Below are positions 1 through 6,009 of a stretch of DNA of 31,563 nt, piece by piece. Position numbers and translations under genes: made by a program. The DNA comes from Myxococcota bacterium (GTDB lineage Bacteria; Myxococcota_A; UBA9160; UBA4427), in NCBI GenBank assembly GCA_036336835.1, contig JAYZFK010000074.1:1-31563 (forward strand), written 5' to 3'. The notes beneath the pieces are model-generated. The model was not told the origin of the DNA. It ran no database searches and saw only the letters and a list, made by a program, of their open reading frames with translations. Positions within the stretch are counted from its first letter, which is position 1; every line of letters starts with the position of its first letter.

Positions 1-471
1 GAGCGGCGGCTCGCCCGCTCGGCGCCGCTGCGCGAAGAGCTCCGCGCGCTCCGCCAGATCTCGGCGCAGATCGAGGCGCTCCACCGGCAGGCCGAGCCGG
101 CCGAGGCCCCCGATCTGTGGTCGGGCATCGCGGCGGCGCTGCCGGCGATCGACGCCCAGCTGGCCGAAGAGCGCGCCGGGCGGGCCCCGTACGCGCGGCC
201 GCCCGAGGCGCCGCCCCGGCACTGGCTCCGGCTGCCCGGCTGGGCGGTCGGCACCGCTGCGCTCGCGGCCGCCGCTGCGGTCGCGCTGGTGGTGGTCGTC
301 GGGCCGCCGAGCGGGGGCCCCGCGCCGGGCTCGGAGCGGCCGATCGTCGCTCCCGGGATCGCTCCGGGTGGCGGGGTGGTGCGCTACCTCGACAGCGGCG
401 GTGCGTCCGTGATGGTGATCGAGGACGCGGAGGCCGACATGACGATCATCTGGATGATGGAAGCGGTCTGA
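1..471 (+). CDS. Probable anti-sigma factor-like membrane protein (5'-truncated)
   Basis: Frame 1 is open from base 1 (ERRLARSAPLREELRALRQI...PDLWSGIAAAL...), then a TM segment (WAVGTAALAAAAAVALVVVV) and a short C-terminal tail (VVRYLDSGGASVMVIEDAEADMTIIWM). This layout resembles ECF anti-sigma factors; the N-terminus lies outside the window. Confidence 0.6.
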   Translation, partial: ERRLARSAPLREELRALRQISAQIEALHRQAEPAEAPDLWSGIAAALPAIDAQLAEERAGRAPYARPPEAPPRHWLRLPGWAVGTAALAAAAAVALVVVVGPPSGGPAPGSERPIVAPGIAPGGGVVRYLDSGGASVMVIEDAEADMTIIWMMEAV

Positions 472-475
472 GGCA

Positions 476-937
476 GTGTGGCGCCGGGAGGTGATCGTGC
501 GACGGACGGCTCGAATGGCAGGCGCTCTGGCGGCCGCGCTCGCAAGCCTCGTGCTCGCGGGCCCCGCTGCCGCGCAGACCTCGATCCAGCTCGATCTGAC
601 GGTCTGCCTCGCATCCGACGAGCCCGGGCCCATCGATCCCCGGGCCGAGCGCATCGATCGGCGTCTCAGGCGCGAGTTCCGCTACGAGAGCCTCCAGCTG
701 CTCGACTCGAAGCGGGAGCGGGTGGCCGTCGACAGCGTCCTCAGCCTGGGCCTGCCCGACGGCAGGCAGGCACGCGTGCGCCCGCTGTCGATCGACGAGC
801 GCGGTGCCCTGCTGGCGGTCGACATCGAGGGGGCGGTCAAGGTCGATGCCCGGGCCCGCAGCGGCCACCTGCTCGTCTTCGGAGCCGGGCGGCACGCCGG
901 CGGGCGGCTCGTGGTCTCGATCGAGCCGCGTTTCTGA
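476..937 (+). CDS. Hypothetical exported protein, probably co-transcribed with the anti-sigma gene
   Basis: 153-aa ORF 4 nt after the upstream stop; signal-peptide-like N-terminus (RMAGALAAALASLVLAGPAAAQ). The true start may be slightly downstream. Confidence 0.7.
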   Translation: MWRREVIVRRTARMAGALAAALASLVLAGPAAAQTSIQLDLTVCLASDEPGPIDPRAERIDRRLRREFRYESLQLLDSKRERVAVDSVLSLGLPDGRQARVRPLSIDERGALLAVDIEGAVKVDARARSGHLLVFGAGRHAGGRLVVSIEPRF

Positions 938-948
938 GTCCCCAGGGG

Positions 949-1018
949 GATTCGTAGCGATTCCCAGCGATCCCTAGCTATCTGTAGCTATTTATAGTGA
1001 TCTGTAACTATCTGGAAT
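949..1018. repeat. Seven degenerate 10-bp tandem repeats, consensus about KATYNNTAGC
   Basis: gattcgtagc gattcccagc gatccctagc tatctgtagc tatttatagt gatctgtaac tatctggaat, in an AT-rich intergenic island. Confidence 0.75.
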
Positions 1019-1059
1019 TGAAGTAGATCTGGTTTTTTTTCAGTATTTGCAAGAAATTC

Positions 1060-1172
1060 TGAAGACAGCGTGACACCAAGGGGCCTTGAGGGCCACTTAC
1101 TAGGCAGACAGCTGAATATCCCCTTCCCAGGGAGGCCCCGCGTGTCGCAAGACGCGCGGGGTCACTAGCTTC
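1060..1172 (+). ncRNA. Candidate small structured RNA (unassigned; boundaries approximate)
   Basis: Intergenic between convergent genes, downstream of an AT-rich promoter-like region. Possible pairings AAGGGG(1078-83)/CCCCTT(1120-25) or GGCC-ttgag-GGCC, and a terminal 13-bp hairpin with a GCAA loop. Confidence 0.4.
1134..1163 (+). terminator. Strong hairpin with GNRA loop, terminator-like
   Basis: GGCCCCGCGTGTC-GCAA-GACGCGCGGGGTC. Its two G-U pairs form only on the + strand; the U-tail is weak. Confidence 0.55.
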
Positions 1173-1200
1173 TGGCCCCCGACCGATCCGGCTCGCCTTC

Positions 1201-2220
1201 TCAGACGTTGCTCAGCAGCGAGAGCTCGAATTGCCCCGCGGGGTCGGTCCACTGCTGCTCGACCCGCAGCCCCGCTTGCTCGGCCAGCTCCGCGATCTCT
1301 TCGGGCGTGTACTTGTACGAGTTCTCGGTGTGGATCGTCTCGCCGCGCTCGAAGGCGAAGCTCGCGTCCAGCTCGGCGATCCAGACGCGTTGGTCGCGGC
1401 GGCTGACCAGGTGCATCTCGATCCGGCCGATCTCGGGCCGCCAGTGGACCCTGTGCTCGAACTGGGCCAGATCGAAGTCGGCACGCAGCTCGCGGTTCGC
1501 CCGCTCGAGCAGATTCAGATTGAAGGCGGCCGTAATGCCCTGCGAGTCGTCGTAGGCGCGCTCGAGCGTCCGGGGGTCCTTGCGTCGGTCGAAGCCGATC
1601 AATAGGCGATCTCGTTCGCAAAGGATCGAGCGGATCCGGCCGAGGAAGTCGGCCGCGGCCTCGCGCGTCAGATTGCCGATCGACGAGCCGAGCCAGGCGA
1701 TCAGCCGCGCCCCCGGCGAGTGCGAGCGCGCGAGGCTCCGCAGTCCATCCTCGTACTCGGCCGCCAGCGCCCGGATGACGAGCTCCGGATGGTCCGCCAG
1801 CAGGGCGCGGGAGCTGGCTTCGAGCATGCCCTGCGCGATGTCGATCGGCCGGAAGAGCAGCGAGCCGTGCTCGGCGATCAGGGCGCGGATCAGCAGGCGC
1901 GTCTTGGCAGCGCTGCCGCTGCCGAGCTCGATCAGCTCGGGCTCGGGCCCGATCGCCTGCGCGATCTGTCCGGCGTTGCGCTCCAGGATCTCGCGCTCGA
2001 CGCGCGTCGGGTAGTACTCGTCGAGCCGCGTGATCTGCTCGAACAGCAGCGAGCCGCGTTCGTCGTAGAAGAAGCGGCACGGCAGTGTCTTGGGCTTTGC
2101 CCGCAGCCCGTTGTCGACCGCGGCCGCAAAGCTCGCGCCAGCCGCCACGTGGGGGATCGTCTCGAGCGAGAGGCGGTCGGCGACCGGTACCGTCGCCCCG
2201 GGTCGGTCCAGGATCTTCAT
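1201..2220 (-). CDS. egtD: L-histidine N-alpha-methyltransferase (hercynine synthase)
   Basis: Motifs KTLPCRFFYDERGSLLFEQITRLDEYYPTRVE, LIELGSGSAAKT, GSSIGN, AYDDSQGITAAFNLNLL, IEMHL, IHTENSYKY. ATG at 2220 with GGAG upstream. Confidence 0.92.
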   Translation of the reverse strand: MKILDRPGATVPVADRLSLETIPHVAAGASFAAAVDNGLRAKPKTLPCRFFYDERGSLLFEQITRLDEYYPTRVEREILERNAGQIAQAIGPEPELIELGSGSAAKTRLLIRALIAEHGSLLFRPIDIAQGMLEASSRALLADHPELVIRALAAEYEDGLRSLARSHSPGARLIAWLGSSIGNLTREAAADFLGRIRSILCERDRLLIGFDRRKDPRTLERAYDDSQGITAAFNLNLLERANRELRADFDLAQFEHRVHWRPEIGRIEMHLVSRRDQRVWIAELDASFAFERGETIHTENSYKYTPEEIAELAEQAGLRVEQQWTDPAGQFELSLLSNV

Positions 2221-2252
2221 GCGACTCCGCGGCCCGACGTCGGGGGTCGCGC

Positions 2253-2282
2253 AGCTTACCAGGGGCGCGGGCACCAGGGCAA
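2253..2282 (-). promoter_or_regulatory. Putative sigma70 promoter of egtD
   Basis: Minus strand TTGCCC-N18-TAAGCT with an extended -10 TG, about 30 nt upstream of the ATG. Confidence 0.45.
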
Positions 2283-2524
2283 AGTGCACGGTCTCCGGGC
2301 GGGCGCGGGTTCGGGCGACGTGCCGGGCCACCACCTCGGCCGCCTGCCGAGAGGTGAACTCGCTCGCGTGTCATGAGTCCGACGCGTGTAGTGGAAGACG
2401 CCCGCGAAGTCGGTGGCACCGACGGGTACTCCCAACTCATGAGGGGATTTCCGCTCTTTAGGGCTGGCGATTCCGCGGCTAGCGTGTCCCCGCCCCCCCC
2501 CAATAGCGGAACGGACGATACGTC

Positions 2525-2713
2525 GTGGCACAGGACGTCGCCGACCTCGAAGTCGACGAGGAGCTGCTCGAGTTCCTCGAAGCCGATCTGCTTCCGGATG
2601 CGGCCCACCCGCTGTTCAAGGTACAGCTGCGCGAGTACCTGCGTGCGATGCTTCGAGCCGAAGGAAGGCTCGTACCCCCGCGGCGCGACGACGATCCCGA
2701 CGTTCCGCGCTAG
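2525..2713 (+). CDS. Small acidic hypothetical protein (62 aa)
   Basis: MAQDVADLEVDEELLEFLEADLLPDAAHPLFKVQLREYLRAML...; strong GC3 codon bias, amphipathic helical pattern, and it fills the gap up to the convergent gene's stop. Confidence 0.6.
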   Translation: MAQDVADLEVDEELLEFLEADLLPDAAHPLFKVQLREYLRAMLRAEGRLVPPRRDDDPDVPR

Positions 2714-2716
2714 CTG

Positions 2717-3487
2717 TTAAGCGACGGGTCGCGCGAGGTACACCGCGTGGCGTAGCCCGCCACGCCCTGGTCGTCGTACCTCGAACCCGAAGCCCGCTGC
2801 TCGCAGCCGACGTTCGAAGCCGGCGTCCCGGTGCTCGGTCCAGACCGCGAACGTACCGCCCGCGCGGAGCGCTCTGCGAGTCGTGTCGAGCGCAGCCCGA
2901 CCGAACAGCGGATCGCGCTCGGCGCCGCGACCGGCGTGCGGCCCTTCGTACAGGTCGAGTGCGATTGCATGGAACTCGCCGCGTCGACGGGCCGCGGCGT
3001 CGATCCGATCGACCACGTCGCCGATCTCGATGCACACGCGCGCGTCGCCGCTCGCGTGCGCGGTCAGCGGCGCGAGCGCCCCGTCGCACCAGCGCACGAC
3101 GACCTGGTTCAGCTCCGAGACCACGACCTCGGCCTGCGCCGGCAGCGCGTCGAGCGCGGCGCGCAGCGTGCAGCCCATCCCCAGGCCTCCGATCAGGATG
3201 CGCGGCGCTTCACTCGAGCCCTCGGCACTCGATCCCGCTTCACTCGATCCCGCTGCGCTCGAGCCCGCGGCCTGCGAAGCCTGCGCCGCCAGCTCGCCGA
3301 GCGCCGCTTCGGAGCGGCTGGTCCGGCTGTTCATCAGCACGCGGCCGGCCAGTGTGATCAGGAAGTCGTCGTCGCCCCGGCGGCGCAGCGCGAGGCGGCC
3401 GTCCGGCGTGTCGACCGCATCGAGGGTGGTCCAGGCGCGGGTCACGCCGCGAGTGTCGGTCGGCGCGACAGCCGTGTCATCCGCCAC
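2717..3487 (-). CDS. Spermidine synthase-like class I SAM-dependent methyltransferase
   Basis: FLITLAGRVLMNS, SEAALG, SAM-binding RILIGGLGMGCTLRAAL, VVVSEL, AIALDLYEGP, GGTFAVW. The start could be a slightly downstream GTG. Confidence 0.8.
   Translation of the reverse strand: MADDTAVAPTDTRGVTRAWTTLDAVDTPDGRLALRRRGDDDFLITLAGRVLMNSRTSRSEAALGELAAQASQAAGSSAAGSSEAGSSAEGSSEAPRILIGGLGMGCTLRAALDALPAQAEVVVSELNQVVVRWCDGALAPLTAHASGDARVCIEIGDVVDRIDAAARRRGEFHAIALDLYEGPHAGRGAERDPLFGRAALDTTRRALRAGGTFAVWTEHRDAGFERRLRAAGFGFEVRRPGRGGLRHAVYLARPVA
3207..3266. repeat. Four in-frame 15-bp tandem repeats encoding (A/E)GSS(A/E)
   Basis: gcttcactcgagccc tcggcactcgatccc gcttcactcgatccc gctgcgctcgagccc. Confidence 0.85.
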
Positions 3488-3525
3488 TACTCTCGCCGCC
3501 GTGGCGAAAGGGGGGAAGGGGCGGG

Positions 3526-3984
3526 ATGTCGATCTTCGATGCAGTGACCGATCAGATGAAGGACGCCATGCGCGCCAAGGAGGCCATCCGCCTCGGAGCG
3601 CTGCGCGGGATCCGCGCCGCCTTCCTCACCGAGCTGAAGCGCGACGGATCGGAGCGACTCGGCGACGAGGTCTGTACGGCGATCCTCCGCCGGCTCGAGA
3701 AGCAGCGCAAGGAGAGCATCGAGGCGTTCGACGGCGCCGGGCGCACGGAGCTCGCCGACAAAGAGCGCGCCGAGCTCGTGGTCGTGTCCTCGTTCCTGCC
3801 GAGCCTGGCCGACGAGGCGACGACGCGCGCCTGGGTGGAGGCGGCGATCGCCGATTCCGGGGCGGGCGCGCCCGGCGACATGGGCAAGGTGATGGGCGCA
3901 CTGATGAAGGCGCACAAGGGCGACGTGGACGGAAGCCTCGCCAGGGGCATCGCGCAGCAGCTGCTCGCCGATCTGCAGGGCTGA
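3526..3984 (+). CDS. yqeY: GatB/YqeY domain protein
   Basis: QMKDAMRAKE..RLGALR, KQRKESIEAFDGAGRTELADKERAEL, DMGKVMGALM: typical YqeY motifs. Confidence 0.92.
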   Translation: MSIFDAVTDQMKDAMRAKEAIRLGALRGIRAAFLTELKRDGSERLGDEVCTAILRRLEKQRKESIEAFDGAGRTELADKERAELVVVSSFLPSLADEATTRAWVEAAIADSGAGAPGDMGKVMGALMKAHKGDVDGSLARGIAQQLLADLQG

Positions 3985-4066
3985 GCGCTCCGACCGATCG
4001 AGCGGCATCGAGTCGCTCGCGGGCATTCGGGGTACCCTGCGCGGGCACACTCACACGGGAGGTGGA

Positions 4067-4834
4067 ATGAACGACGAACCCCGGATCGCTGTCTTCGTCG
4101 ATTTCGAGAACCTGGCTCTCGGCGTCCGGCAGTCGAAGAAGGGTGACCGCTTCGAGATCGAGCGAGTGCTCAAGCGCCTGCTCGAGAAGGGGCGCATCGT
4201 CTTCAAGCGCGCCTACTGCGACTGGACCAAGTACCGCGAGGACAAGCGCACCTTCCACACCAACGGGATCGAGCTGGTCGACATCCCGCACACCAAGGTG
4301 AGCGGCAAGAACAGCGCCGACATCCACATGGTCGTCGATGCGCTCGATCTCTGCTACGCGAAGCAGCACATCGACATCTTTGCGTTGCTCACGGGCGACA
4401 GCGATTTCTCGCCGCTCGCGTCCAAGCTCAAGGAGAACGACAAGCGCGTGATCGGCTGTGGGGTGCGCAACTCGACATCGGATCTCCTGCTCTCGAACTG
4501 TGACGAGTTCATCTTCTACGACGACCTGGTCCAGGCGGCCCCCAAGCCGCGGACGAGCAAGGCCCGCGCCAGCAAGGCCTCCTCGAAGGAGGCGATCTTC
4601 GATCAGCTGACGGAGATCGTGCGTTCGCTGCACTCGGACTACGACCCGCTCTGGGGCTCGATCGTGAAGCAGACGATGCGCCGCGTCGCGCCGGACTTCA
4701 ACGAGACGAAGTACGGGTTCAAGCTCTTTTCGGAGCTGCTCGAGGCGGCGGAGGATCGCGGCGATCTGAAGCTCGAGTACGACGAGGGACGCGGCAACTA
4801 CAAGATCCGATTGGCCCGGACGACCAGGGCTTGA
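4067..4834 (+). CDS. NYN domain (LabA/DUF88, PIN-like) protein with C-terminal OST-HTH/LOTUS domain
   Basis: IAVFVDFENL, KRAYCDW, GKNSADIHMVVDALD, LLTGDSDFSPL, CDEFIFYDDL; C-terminal PDFNETKYGFKLFSELLE. RBS GGAGG. Confidence 0.92.
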   Translation: MNDEPRIAVFVDFENLALGVRQSKKGDRFEIERVLKRLLEKGRIVFKRAYCDWTKYREDKRTFHTNGIELVDIPHTKVSGKNSADIHMVVDALDLCYAKQHIDIFALLTGDSDFSPLASKLKENDKRVIGCGVRNSTSDLLLSNCDEFIFYDDLVQAAPKPRTSKARASKASSKEAIFDQLTEIVRSLHSDYDPLWGSIVKQTMRRVAPDFNETKYGFKLFSELLEAAEDRGDLKLEYDEGRGNYKIRLARTTRA

Positions 4835-6009
4835 CCGATCTCGGCTCTGGCCTGCGCGGCTCGCTGCTCGTTAGCGACTGCCGCCGTCTCGACACCGTCT
4901 TCGGACCCTTCGAGCTGGCGGAGTTTCGCAATCTCGAGACGCATCGCAGCTGCTTCGCGCTCAGCGTGGGCGACCTCGCAGGCGAGGAGCCGCTGCTCGT
5001 GCGGGTGCATTCGTCGTGCGTGACGAGCGAGTTCTTCGGCGCCTGCGACTGCGACTGTGCGACGCAGCTCGACGGGGCGCTCGAGGTGATCGCCGCAGAG
5101 GGACGCGGTGTCGTGTTCTATCTCGATCAGGAGGGCCGGGGGGCCGGCCTGGCGGCGAAGGCGCGCGACCGGATGCTCGTGCAGGCGAGCCGGCTGCGCC
5201 TGACGACCTTCGAGGCCTACGAGCGGATGGGGCTGCGCCCCGATCTTCGCCGCTACGAAGAGGTCGCCGCGATGACGGCGTTGCTCGAGATCGAGGCGCC
5301 GTTCGTTCTGCTGACGAACAACCCCGACAAGGTGGCAGCCCTCGAGCGCGAGAAGCTGCGAATTGCGGGCCTCCAGCGGCTCGAACGCACGGCGTCGCCG
5401 TTCAACGTCCACTATCTGAGTGCCAAGCGGCGCTCGGGACACGTGCTGGCCGATGCGTCGGGGACGCGGCGGGCCGAGCTGCCGGCGGCCGTCGAGGCGG
5501 TCGAGCCTCGGGCGTTGCCCGGGCGACCGGAGCTGGTGCGCATCGCGCGCTATCTGCTTCCGATCCTTCCCGCGCGCGACGCCGGCAGCGCGCGCGCCGA
5601 GCCGGTCTGGCTGCGACTCCACCTGTACGTGGACGTGGAGCTCGGCGGCGAGCTCGTGGTGCTGACGCGAGAGGCGGGCGATGGCGCGAGCGCGCTCGCC
5701 CGCATCCACGCCGAGCCGCTGCTCGAGCGCTTTCCGCTGCGCGATCCGCCGGCGCGCGAAGCCTGGTCGTGGGTCGTCCAGGCGCTTGCCAGCCACGGGT
5801 CGGGGGTGATTGCGTTCGCGCGCCGCAGCGCGAGCGGCGCGCCGAGCCCGAGCGAACGGCAAGGCGCGCTGGTCGAGCTGCTCGTTCATCACCTGCGCGG
5901 TCGTCGTGTCGTGCCGCTCTGCTCGCCCGGCGACCGCGACCTCGCGGCCGAGCTGCGCGAGCGGGGATTGCAGCTCGAAGCGGCCCGCAGCCTCGTACGA
6001 CCGGAATGA
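4831..6009 (+). CDS. Atypical GTP cyclohydrolase II (RibA-like) with a second degenerate GCH II-like domain
   Basis: VRVHSSCVTSEFFGACDCDCATQL (three Zn Cys), YLDQEGRGAGL..K, DLRRY, LLTNNPDK, YLSAKRRSGH. The C-terminal half repeats the fold pattern (ALARIHAE...ALASHGSGVIAF) without the Cys. TTG start overlaps the NYN stop. Confidence 0.85.
   Translation: MTDLGSGLRGSLLVSDCRRLDTVFGPFELAEFRNLETHRSCFALSVGDLAGEEPLLVRVHSSCVTSEFFGACDCDCATQLDGALEVIAAEGRGVVFYLDQEGRGAGLAAKARDRMLVQASRLRLTTFEAYERMGLRPDLRRYEEVAAMTALLEIEAPFVLLTNNPDKVAALEREKLRIAGLQRLERTASPFNVHYLSAKRRSGHVLADASGTRRAELPAAVEAVEPRALPGRPELVRIARYLLPILPARDAGSARAEPVWLRLHLYVDVELGGELVVLTREAGDGASALARIHAEPLLERFPLRDPPAREAWSWVVQALASHGSGVIAFARRSASGAPSPSERQGALVELLVHHLRGRRVVPLCSPGDRDLAAELRERGLQLEAARSLVRPE

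Noticed and set aside
949..1060. oriC/DUE or CRISPR interpretation of the AT-rich repeats
   Set aside because: One GATCT-T-rich stretch resembles a DUE 13-mer, but no DnaA boxes or replication genes are nearby. The repeats are 10 bp, contiguous and lack spacers or cas genes.
4831..6009. Canonical ribA or ribBA annotation
   Set aside because: No DHBP synthase domain, the catalytic Tyr is absent, and no other rib genes or FMN riboswitch were seen.
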